From positions 96,001-160,000 of the IMG/VR virus record IMGVR_UViG_3300014613_000001: a DNA stretch of 64,000 bases; one strand, given 5' to 3'. The notes under the pieces were generated by a model. The model did not search any database. It was not told the DNA's origin and was given only the letters and a program-made list of their open reading frames with translations. Both the position numbers and the translations under genes were made by a program. Every line of letters begins with the position of its first letter. Within the stretch, counting starts at the first letter, position 1. Below are positions 45,783 to 53,758 of this stretch, in pieces. This stretch comes from a virus.

Positions 45783-46127
45783 ATGCAAGAGATTCTGATC
45801 ATCGCATTCGGCTCAGTCGGATTCGATTCGACGATCATTGGACATATCAGAGACGGGATCGTTGACCATCTCATGAATGTCGAAGGTTGGAGTAGCACGT
45901 ACATTCTGGATCAGCTTGGCGTGGACACCTTTGAGCATGAGGGGAAGATCCTTATCTGGGAGGGTGAGGTAGCTTGGGAACGTGATCTAGGTTCCGAGTT
46001 CAACGGTGAGCTCCGGGAGCCGATGATGGACGAGTGGAACATGCTGATCGAGCACAGCCAGGTCGAAAATGATCCGGATCTGCCCGATGATAATGACTTC
46101 GAGGATTCGGAGTATTACGGGAGCTGA
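45783..46127 (+). CDS. Acidic hypothetical protein
   Basis: RBS AGGAG. Confidence 0.55.
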   Translation: MQEILIIAFGSVGFDSTIIGHIRDGIVDHLMNVEGWSSTYILDQLGVDTFEHEGKILIWEGEVAWERDLGSEFNGELREPMMDEWNMLIEHSQVENDPDLPDDNDFEDSEYYGS

Positions 46128-46151
46128 TGAGAGGAGATGTGGCACTATGAG

Positions 46152-46234
46152 GTCTGAGATCAGTAAGCCTCTCAGCTGGCATTAGCAAATCCTGATCAGA
46201 GCTTATGCTCGTCAGGTACATTGTCAATAAAAAA
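46152..46234 (-). repeat. 83-bp element A1 (31-bp hairpin arm plus leftward sigma70 promoter)
   Basis: 82/83 identical to 60323-60405; TTGACA-16-TAAGCT on minus strand. Confidence 0.92.
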
Positions 46235-46250
46235 GGCAAGGAGCAGAAGG

Positions 46251-46688
46251 ATGAGTGAAAATTGGCGGGAGAAGATTGCAGAACTCGAGCTCAAGGTCAA
46301 AGAACTCGAGCTCCAGCTTTCTACCGAGAAGGACAACGCCGCGGTGGACGCACTCGACGCCATCGTCCAGCTCTGCGGCCAAGGTGGGTGGGAGTACCCC
46401 GGTCAGGTTGTGAGAGACGTCGCAGCGTTGGTGGAGGAGCGCGACACGGCGCGCAAACGTTCGCACCTGAGGCGCGGGCAGCTCGGCCAATACGTGATGG
46501 CAGGTGAGCTGTACCGCGCACTCTACACACACCTGTACGTAGTGTACAAAGAGTGCGGAACGATTGTGGAGAAAGGCTCCTCCGCCAACACGGGCGAATA
46601 CGCAGTGGCTATCCAGGAGATCGTGGCGCTGGTCTTGCGTGCTCTCGAGCAGGAGTATGACCGCGACCGGTCAAATCGAGATCAGTAA
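46251..46688 (+). CDS. Hypothetical coiled-coil protein
   Basis: RBS AAGGAG; flanked by A1 and B1 elements. Confidence 0.55.
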   Translation: MSENWREKIAELELKVKELELQLSTEKDNAAVDALDAIVQLCGQGGWEYPGQVVRDVAALVEERDTARKRSHLRRGQLGQYVMAGELYRALYTHLYVVYKECGTIVEKGSSANTGEYAVAIQEIVALVLRALEQEYDRDRSNRDQ

Positions 46689-46747
46689 GTCTCCTTGTCT
46701 TTAGGACGAGGAGTAAGGATCGTCTCCGAGATAATTGATCTGTTCTC

Positions 46748-46778
46748 ATACCAGCTGGGAGGTTTAGTGATCTCAGAC
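46748..46778 (+). repeat. 31-bp hairpin element B1
   Basis: ATACCAGCTGGGAGGTTTAGTGATCTCAGAC. Confidence 0.9.
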
Positions 46779-46858
46779 GGAACCCAATACAGTCTAATTC
46801 TTGGGTATAAGGTGAACGAATTTGGAGACAGACTAAGCTCCTCAAGAAAGGTAGAAAA

Positions 46859-47305
46859 GTGGAAACTACGCAGTATCCAAGACCACGAGAGTTGTCGTTG
46901 AGTGGTGGCCAGAAGAGCGGCAAGACGCATGCCGCATTACTACTGGCCTGGGGGTATTCCCAGGTCGGCTACACCGTGGCAGTGTTGTCTGCTAACGGTT
47001 CTCGCGGGGCGGCCACGCTGAGGAAGCTACCGAGGCTATCGGTTCCGGAGATACTCCTCAGCATCAAGCATCGTTGGCTGCTCAATGTCGCGCTGAAGCT
47101 GCTGAAGAGCGTCAAACTCGGAAACGTTCTTATCTTTTCGGGTGATCTTGCCCATCAGATGGCGCGCATCCTCCAGCGAGACTCACTCGACGTCCTGGTC
47201 GTCGATGTGGACTACCCCACCGATGAACTGATAGACCTGGTCACGATAGCCAGGAAGCAGTTCCAAGGTCTCTCGGTTATATGGACAACGGTGCAGTTCC
47301 GATGA
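46859..47305 (+). CDS. P-loop NTPase
   Basis: Walker A GGQKSGKT; LDVLVVD Walker B-like; GGTATAAG at 46804. Confidence 0.6.
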   Translation: METTQYPRPRELSLSGGQKSGKTHAALLLAWGYSQVGYTVAVLSANGSRGAATLRKLPRLSVPEILLSIKHRWLLNVALKLLKSVKLGNVLIFSGDLAHQMARILQRDSLDVLVVDVDYPTDELIDLVTIARKQFQGLSVIWTTVQFR

Positions 47306-47407
47306 TTATAGGATCAGTAAAGGCCAGCGAGCTTGATCCAAAATCGCTGCGTGCAGAAGACTATCTGTTCAACCCTGACGAAGAGGCGCGCAAACTGGTA
47401 GGGTGTC

Positions 47408-47635
47408 ATGAGCAGGTTCACGGAGCAGGAGGTGGAGATCACTGTTGGACCTGTTACAGCTTGGGTACGCCAGACGAAATCTCTGGGGGCCGAGATCGAC
47501 CTGAGCGATCGTGGGATTCACGACGTGATTGTGATCCCAGAAAACCGGATGGTTGCCTACGCGGATGTGTTCGATCTTCTATCGAAGGTACTCGGCGCGT
47601 GGCAGAGGGGAGGCAAGGAGCAGACGGATGGGTGA
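47408..47635 (+). CDS. Hypothetical protein
   Basis: Short ORF overlapping next start. Confidence 0.4.
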   Translation: MSRFTEQEVEITVGPVTAWVRQTKSLGAEIDLSDRGIHDVIVIPENRMVAYADVFDLLSKVLGAWQRGGKEQTDG

Positions 47636-48107
47636 GAATTGGCGCGCGAAGCGCTGCCACGATTGCGGGTGCGGGCACGATGAGATTCACGAGCTTGGGT
47701 GTGATATGGAGCGTTGTCCATACTGCCTGGGACAACTGATCTCCTGTGATTGCGCCTACGAGCTGTTGGGATTGGTGGATCACGACGAGTATCCAGACAC
47801 CGGAGGGCTTCCACCCAAGATATATCGCGGTGGCCTGTCCTCGGAGCAGGGAGAAAAGTGGCTTCAATTGATCAATGTAAGGGGTCGCATCCCCTATCAG
47901 AGCCCGGGGCAGCCGGGGATCGCGGACAACGTCTGGTCGGAGTTCGTCCATCCAGACGGCCACTGCTCCCTCTGTGGGAACTCAGGTGTCATTGACACAC
48001 GAGGGCACGTAGAGACCGCAGCTGGTTGGAAGGTGGGGGCGAGGTGCTTCTGCATCTGCCCAAACGGGAGGGCGTGGAAGACCAGTACCGGTAACCCATC
48101 TCAATAG
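47628..48107 (+). CDS. Cys-rich two-domain hypothetical protein
   Basis: CHDC...CPYC...CDC and CSLC...CFCICP clusters. Confidence 0.55.
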   Translation: MGENWRAKRCHDCGCGHDEIHELGCDMERCPYCLGQLISCDCAYELLGLVDHDEYPDTGGLPPKIYRGGLSSEQGEKWLQLINVRGRIPYQSPGQPGIADNVWSEFVHPDGHCSLCGNSGVIDTRGHVETAAGWKVGARCFCICPNGRAWKTSTGNPSQ

Positions 48108-48122
48108 GGAAGCTGGATTAGA

Positions 48123-48509
48123 GTGATTGAATACTGGGCAGGCGAAGAGCCGGCCCAGCTCCACCGAGTCGGAATCCTCTGGTGGTCAGAGGCCGACGGG
48201 CGGCTCATCGCCCGAGGGGGCTTCGACATGGCCGAAGGCTCGGCCGTTACGCTGACCGTGGTCTCCGACTCCCTCTCCGGGGAGAGGCGTTTCGACGGAT
48301 CCGTCCACCCCGACCAGGTGGACGAGCTCCTTGACGCCCCGGAGGGCTACCCCCTCCGCATCGAAGAAAACTGCGGCCAGGCAGGCGAGACGTGGGCAGT
48401 CGCTGGGCCAGTCCCCCCGGAGTTTTCCTCGATTCCCCCCGGGTGGAGAATCGAGGAAAAGTGGGTGCACGGGCACCCGAGTTCATACTACGTAGTGAAG
48501 GCGATCTAG
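48123..48509 (+). CDS. Hypothetical protein
   Basis: 128-aa ORF. Confidence 0.45.
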   Translation: MIEYWAGEEPAQLHRVGILWWSEADGRLIARGGFDMAEGSAVTLTVVSDSLSGERRFDGSVHPDQVDELLDAPEGYPLRIEENCGQAGETWAVAGPVPPEFSSIPPGWRIEEKWVHGHPSSYYVVKAI

Positions 48510-48515
48510 GTGCGT

Positions 48516-48540
48516 TGAGAGGGCCGAGAGGCCCAAGGAG
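48516..48540 (+). repeat. C-family leader motif (TGAGAG-GGCC-tetraloop-GGCCC-SD), copy C3
   Basis: TGAGAGGGCCGAGAGGCCCAAGGAG. Confidence 0.7.
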
Positions 48541-48546
48541 ATTGAG

Positions 48547-48910
48547 ATGAATTTTGCGAACCTGACCCCCCACGCCATCGTCGTCCGCACGTCGGACGGC
48601 GACATCACGCTCGAGCCGACGACCCCGCCGGCTCGAGTCCAGAACACTGCAGGAAATTTCCTGCGGGAGATCGACGGCGTCCCGATCTTCTCGGCTGACG
48701 TGCCCGGCAAGATTGAGGGGATCCCCCCCCTCACAAGAGGGCACGATGTATGTCGTGTCAGTCGTCGTGGCGGGGGCGCTGTCGCCCGAGCGACGCGTCG
48801 TGGGGGACGTAGTGGTCCCCGCCACCGGCCCGGCGGACGGGGCGATCCGATATTCAGATGGCCCGCGCCGGGGCCAGATCGAGGCCGTCACGCGGCTGAA
48901 GTTGGCGTGA
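48547..48910 (+). pseudogene. Small phage protein interrupted by an out-of-frame C8 tract
   Basis: MNFANLTPH...IEGIPP continues as SQEGTMYVVS...VTRLKLA if one C of 48723-48730 is removed. Confidence 0.65.
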
Positions 48911-49015
48911 CGACCGGCCCTGAGCACGGCCGAAAAAAACTGCTCATCTCGTCGCCGGTCAGATTGCTCGCGGCGGCGGGACCAAGGAAGGGCTAAGAGC
49001 CCAGAAGGAAGAGAG

Positions 49016-50296
49016 ATGACGAGGTACGTGGACCTAGACGCTGCGGCGTCCACATCCCCGCTGCCAGCAGTGGAGGATGCTGTTCGAGCCTTCCTCGCCG
49101 AGTACGGTAGTGTCCACCGGGGGAGTGGGCGCCACAGTAAATTGTCCACGGACGCCTATGACCACGCTCGTCGCGTGATCAGGCGTTTCGTGGGCGCCGG
49201 GGAGGAGGACTACGTCCTCTTCACCGGCAACACAACGGGGGCGATGAACGTCATCGCCCACCACCTCTCCTTCCTTCGGGGAGGGGTGGCGGTCAGCAGC
49301 CTGGAGCACAGCTCCTCGTTGCTGCCCTTCGTGAAAGCGGAGGGCGAGCGGGCGGTGCAAGGCCGCCAATTCGCACTGGAAGAGCTGGACTCTGTTGCCG
49401 AGCAGATCCAGCTCGCGGGTCGAAAGAATGTACACAAGTACATCATCGACCCGTTCCGCGGGATCGACCTGGAGAGCCTGGAAACTCTCCTGTCGACCCA
49501 TAAGACGAAGGCGGTCGTCCTGACCGCGTCGTCGAACCTCACGGGGTACTGCCCCCCAATCCGTGAGGTTGCGCGCCTGGCTCACAGCCACGGTGCGCTG
49601 TTGGTCCTGGACGGATGCCAGTTCGTCCAGCACCACGTCCTCAACATGGAGGCTGAGGGCGTGGACTTCGTGGCCGCATCGGGCCACAAGTTCTATGCCC
49701 CCTACGGGGGTGGGTTTCTGGTAGGGCCGAAGTGGTTCTTCGACCGCTTCTTGCCCTACCAAATCGGTGGAGGCAACCTCCCGTACATCACGGGAGATGG
49801 CGAGTTTCTTCGGTTCAAGATCGAGCTTGCCCATGACCCCGGTACCCCGAACGCAGTCGGGGCCGTGGCCATGGCCGCCGCCCTCGAGGAGATGGAGAAG
49901 ATCGGACTGGACCGGATCTTCTCGCACGAGAAGGCCCTCGCCATGCGGGCGCATGAGGGTCTCAGTTCCATCCCAGGAGTGGAGCTGTACGTAGAACGGG
50001 AGCGGTTGGGCACCGTCGTCCCGTTCAATCTCCGAGGGCAAGACCCCAAAGAGGTTGCCGAAATCCTCTCGACGCAGTTTGACATCGGCGTTCGCGCCGG
50101 ATCGTTCTGTGTCTATGAGGGCGTGCGGCAACTTCTCGGGATCACCCCCGAGGAGGACGCCCGAATCGCCGAGAGGGTTCGCCTCGGTGATACCAGCAGC
50201 ATCCCGGGGCTCATCCGAGCCTCGGTGTGCTGGCACACGCGGACCGAGGACGTGGACCGTCTCATCGAGGCGGTTCGCGTGGTGGCAGGAGGATGA
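49016..50296 (+). CDS. PLP-dependent class V aminotransferase, SufS/cysteine desulfurase-like
   Basis: DAAAS, SVHRG, NTTGA, EHSS, SGHK (PLP lysine), RAGSFC (catalytic Cys loop, cf. RxGHHC). Confidence 0.88.
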   Translation: MTRYVDLDAAASTSPLPAVEDAVRAFLAEYGSVHRGSGRHSKLSTDAYDHARRVIRRFVGAGEEDYVLFTGNTTGAMNVIAHHLSFLRGGVAVSSLEHSSSLLPFVKAEGERAVQGRQFALEELDSVAEQIQLAGRKNVHKYIIDPFRGIDLESLETLLSTHKTKAVVLTASSNLTGYCPPIREVARLAHSHGALLVLDGCQFVQHHVLNMEAEGVDFVAASGHKFYAPYGGGFLVGPKWFFDRFLPYQIGGGNLPYITGDGEFLRFKIELAHDPGTPNAVGAVAMAAALEEMEKIGLDRIFSHEKALAMRAHEGLSSIPGVELYVERERLGTVVPFNLRGQDPKEVAEILSTQFDIGVRAGSFCVYEGVRQLLGITPEEDARIAERVRLGDTSSIPGLIRASVCWHTRTEDVDRLIEAVRVVAGG

Positions 50297-51435
50297 GTGC
50301 CGTCCTCAAGGCGCTGCGGGCCATGCCCGTGAGCGTCAACTGCTACCACGGTGACCCCACCCTCCAGTGGGGCAACACCGTTCAAAAATTGGAGGATCTC
50401 GCTGCCGAAGGCCACACGGGCCCGGTCAGCGTAATCACCAAGGGTGCCCTCGGCCCGGCGAGAGGTAGGAAGCTCGCTGAGCTGAAGGGGAGACTCCCGG
50501 GCCTGCTGGTGATGGTTTCCATCAGCGGACTAGGGAGGGAGTTCGAGAAGGCGGGACACGACCACCGGTACCGAGCTCTCGCCACCCTGCGGGAGGTGGG
50601 GGTCCCCGCCTTCGCGGCTGTCAGGCCGCTGACCCCTCCGTATAACACCACTCCAGAGGTGTTGTACGAGATCTTCTCTCGACTGCAAGCTGTCGGCTGC
50701 GAGACAGCTTGTGTGTCGGGGTTCCGAGGGGACTCATCCCTGATCGAGGCTATGGAGCCGTCGGCAGGGATCGAGTGGGTCTTGCGGGTGAAGCAGATGA
50801 CGGGGTTCGACCTCGTCAAGCGGATCGCCGATCAATGCGGCGTCCGCCTGTTCACCCGTGTGTCCTGTTGTGCGTCCTACCTCACTGGGAGGACTGGGAC
50901 GTACAACCCCTATTGGGGGTCGCCCCAGTTGGTTCGTTGCGAGGAGATCGGCTGTCCGCTGGTCGACTTCTGTGGACCAGTGGCCCCTGACCCAGAGGTC
51001 GTGTCCTGGCTTGAAAGAGTTGGATACGACCTTCGGGTGGAGCAGCGCTGCCAGGAGCGCTGCCGGTTCAGCGCGGACAACCGCCTGAACTGTAAGAGCT
51101 GCTGTACGACCTGCTTCGTGCAGCCGCAGCCCCGGGTGATTGTGCGCAACGCACGAACTCTCGGGGATTTGGCCTTCGTCAGGTTCGTTCTCGGCGGGAC
51201 CCTTGCGGTCAAGCCGGGCATGATTGACGGAGGGGATCGAGACGTTGGGCGAGTCTCGGTTCTGAGTGAGCTCCTTGGGCAGGAGCTCCACTGCATCAAT
51301 TCCTGGTGGGTGTGGGCCACCCGCAAGGAGTCCTGCTTCGGGTGCAGGTACTGTATCAGTACCCTCTACCCGGGGCAGGGCACGGTCGGCTGCCCCCCGG
51401 CTGACCTGGCCGACATGGTGGATAGTCATGTTTGA
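50293..51435 (+). CDS. Radical-SAM-like (SPL-type barrel) protein with C-terminal Cys motifs
   Basis: GDP, VITKG, VSISG, RPLTPPYN barrel motifs; no N-terminal CxxxCxxC; CKSCCTTC and CFGCRYC near C-terminus. Confidence 0.6.
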   Translation: MSAVLKALRAMPVSVNCYHGDPTLQWGNTVQKLEDLAAEGHTGPVSVITKGALGPARGRKLAELKGRLPGLLVMVSISGLGREFEKAGHDHRYRALATLREVGVPAFAAVRPLTPPYNTTPEVLYEIFSRLQAVGCETACVSGFRGDSSLIEAMEPSAGIEWVLRVKQMTGFDLVKRIADQCGVRLFTRVSCCASYLTGRTGTYNPYWGSPQLVRCEEIGCPLVDFCGPVAPDPEVVSWLERVGYDLRVEQRCQERCRFSADNRLNCKSCCTTCFVQPQPRVIVRNARTLGDLAFVRFVLGGTLAVKPGMIDGGDRDVGRVSVLSELLGQELHCINSWWVWATRKESCFGCRYCISTLYPGQGTVGCPPADLADMVDSHV

Positions 51436-52303
51436 ACCAGGAAAGCCGGCATGCCCTATCGCATGCCAGTATTGCTTCATCACGGAGCATGATACCCGGC
51501 GCGCGGTGTGGAACCGCGCTTCCATGGCGGGTGTGAACAAGGCGTGTACCTACGTCAATGTCCCGCCCTGGATTCGCGAGGACGCCGATGCCCAGCGACG
51601 CTTTTCGGTGTTTCCCTGGGACCTGCTCAAAGGTGATGTGGTCGGTTTCACCGCGATCACCGATCCTTGCTGGCCCCGGCTGGAGCCACAACTCCGGGAA
51701 TTCTTGGAGCGGGCCGGGACAGCGGCCAAAATGGTGACGCTCGTCACCAAATGGCCGCTGTCTCGCCGACAGGTTCGGTTCCTGTCCGATGTTCCGAATC
51801 TGTTCCTGGTGATCTCGATCACCGGGAACCCACCCCCAATAGAGGGGGTTCCCGTCTCCAAACACCTCGAAACCCTTGAGAGGTGCAAAGATGCAGGGAT
51901 CCCCTCACTCCCGATCGTGCACCCCTACATCAGTGGGGTGAGCGATCTGGGTTTTCTCCCCAACCTGATTGAGTTGGGGTACGACCAGGTAGGGGTAAAA
52001 GGCATCCGGTACTGCGACGCGCACATGGCGTCGTGGATGCCTTCCCTCTCCAGGGGGGCCTACCGTGGTCGTGAGGACGAGGAGGTGCTGCCAGAAGACG
52101 GCTGGCGCCAGCTCGTCGAGGACGCAGGGTTCACCCTGCGTTCTCCCAAGGATTGGTACCTCGAGCAGGTGTCAACCCTTGGTCCTCACCTAGAACGAGG
52201 TGAAGCGGAGAACCTGGTAGATCAGGTCTTCCGTCTCGCCAACGTGACATCATCGTCGGACGACGCTTCTGTCTGGGAAGCGGCCATTCGACGAAGGATG
52301 TAG
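51428..52303 (+). CDS. Radical SAM protein (SPL-like)
   Basis: CPIACQYC; ITDP; LVTK; ISITG; HPYISG. Confidence 0.8.
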   Translation: MFEPGKPACPIACQYCFITEHDTRRAVWNRASMAGVNKACTYVNVPPWIREDADAQRRFSVFPWDLLKGDVVGFTAITDPCWPRLEPQLREFLERAGTAAKMVTLVTKWPLSRRQVRFLSDVPNLFLVISITGNPPPIEGVPVSKHLETLERCKDAGIPSLPIVHPYISGVSDLGFLPNLIELGYDQVGVKGIRYCDAHMASWMPSLSRGAYRGREDEEVLPEDGWRQLVEDAGFTLRSPKDWYLEQVSTLGPHLERGEAENLVDQVFRLANVTSSSDDASVWEAAIRRRM

Positions 52304-52344
52304 CTCTGGTACTGAGGTGAGCCGGGGAGACGGGGGGCAGACCC

Positions 52345-52400
52345 CCGCCCCCGCTCCTCGGGGGCTCGGGGCAGTGAGAGGGCCTGAAGGCCCGGAGGAG
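52345..52400 (+). repeat. C-family leader motif, copy C1
   Basis: First 36 nt are 35/36 identical to 53601-53636. Confidence 0.85.
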
Positions 52401-52405
52401 ATGTC

Positions 52406-52651
52406 ATGAAAATAACGTTGAGAAATTCACTCCACAACACGTCCGTCCGCGTCGTCGCTCCCGAGAGCCTCGTGCTCTCTAAGAGCCAGGTCGCCAGGGC
52501 GCGCCGCGCCCTCTGCGGGATGCCCGGGTGCAAGTGCGCGAGCACGGCTCTCGGAACCTACGGCGAGAGTCCCGAGGGATCAGACGGCACCTTCTATGGT
52601 GTCGAGGACCTCTATGACGGTCGCGTTGAGCTGGTCGAGGTGACACGATGA
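52406..52651 (+). CDS. Hypothetical protein
   Basis: RBS GGAGGAG. Confidence 0.55.
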   Translation: MKITLRNSLHNTSVRVVAPESLVLSKSQVARARRALCGMPGCKCASTALGTYGESPEGSDGTFYGVEDLYDGRVELVEVTR

Positions 52652-52848
52652 CCACGACGGACCTGCAAGAGGCGGCCCTTGCCGCCCTGGCCCGAGCCCA
52701 GGAAGCAGAAGCCGCGTTGGCCCGGCTGGTGGCGGAGCACCAGCAGCTCGAGCGCCTGGTGCGCGAGCACTGGGATGCGTCTCGGCGGGCTGGTATCAGG
52801 CCCCACGACGAGCAGCTCCACGCTGGCTATCTCCGGCTGGAGCAGTAG
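52648..52848 (+). CDS. Small coiled-coil protein
   Basis: ATGA overlap with upstream stop. Confidence 0.5.
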   Translation: MTTTDLQEAALAALARAQEAEAALARLVAEHQQLERLVREHWDASRRAGIRPHDEQLHAGYLRLEQ

Positions 52849-52899
52849 GCCGAAACCGGGGCAACCCGGTCCGGGCGTAGGGCGCCCGCTGACGAGGCC
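52848..52899 (+). ncRNA. Type II hammerhead ribozyme
   Basis: GGCC-GAA-ACCGGG(GCAA)CCCGGT-C-CGGGCG(TAGGG)CGCCCG-CTGACGA-GGCC: all core nucleotides, three perfect stems, GUC cleavage triplet ending at 52871. Confidence 0.92.
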
Positions 52900-52921
52900 G
52901 TCAGAGCAAGGAGAAGAGAAA

Positions 52922-53389
52922 ATGAACGATCAGAATGAAGCCATCGAAACCACCGGCCGTATTCCTCGGATCGTCGGCCCCGACGGGGCAGAGGCAGTCG
53001 CCACCGAGGTCGGGATCTGCGCCGACTGCGGTTGCGCCGGCCTGGTGTCCGACTGGCCGGGACGCGGCGCGCTATGCGCCGCAGCGGATGATGGCCGGCT
53101 GATCTGTGACGACTGCGCCGAGCTCGAGGCCGAGCCCGAGCCCATCCCGGAGCCCGTCCCGTGCACGAACGGGATAGGCTACGACTGCCACTCGGGGGGC
53201 TATCTCCCCGAGTGGTTGATCGCGGCGGTGGCCTCAGCGATAGCCGAGGCCCACGACGACGGAGTGTCGTCGTGCGGCGGGGGCGCCCCCCTCGCCAACT
53301 GGGACCTCGACTGTCCCCTCTGGTCGTCGGAGGGGGAGCGTTCGGCCCGCCATCGGGCCGTCGAGGCCCTGAAGAAGGGGGTGAAGTGA
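52922..53389 (+). CDS. Cys-containing hypothetical protein
   Basis: RBS AAGGAG just downstream of the ribozyme. Confidence 0.55.
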   Translation: MNDQNEAIETTGRIPRIVGPDGAEAVATEVGICADCGCAGLVSDWPGRGALCAAADDGRLICDDCAELEAEPEPIPEPVPCTNGIGYDCHSGGYLPEWLIAAVASAIAEAHDDGVSSCGGGAPLANWDLDCPLWSSEGERSARHRAVEALKKGVK

Positions 53390-53580
53390 TGTATGTAGTT
53401 CTGTGTGATCTCGATGAAGGAGCTCATATCTCCTCCTGCCACGAGACGCGGGAGGAGGGGGAGGCGGCACTAGCCGCCGTCCCGCTCCGAGGAATAACAC
53501 ACGATTGGGCCTCGCTCGTCGAGGTCCATCCGGGGGTGCCCCCGCGGATGGTCGCGGGAAGATGCCCCGACGGAGAGTAG
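53389..53580 (+). CDS. Hypothetical protein
   Basis: TGATG coupling. Confidence 0.45.
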   Translation: MYVVLCDLDEGAHISSCHETREEGEAALAAVPLRGITHDWASLVEVHPGVPPRMVAGRCPDGE

Positions 53581-53600
53581 ACCTCTCCCGTCCCTGGTCA

Positions 53601-53656
53601 CCGCCCCCGCTTCTCGGGGGCTCGGGGCAGTGAGAGGCCGAGAGGCCCAAGAGGAG
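53601..53656 (+). repeat. C-family leader motif, copy C2
   Basis: Direct repeat of C1. Confidence 0.85.
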
Positions 53657-53758
53657 CTGATATGGCAAGCAAAAGTGGTCTCCTCATCCCGATGGAGACT
53701 CGATCATCTTGCATGATCCACAACATGGTTCGCCAGATACCGAAGTGGGAGAGTCACA

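Noticed and set aside
46195-46216. CTGACGA on the minus strand of element A as a hammerhead core
   Set aside because: The following hairpin is not followed by GAAA, no stem III or cleavage triplet exists, and A3 has CTGACGC.
46152-46778. A/B elements as integron attC sites
   Set aside because: No RYYYAAC/GTTRRRY core boxes and no integron integrase in the window.
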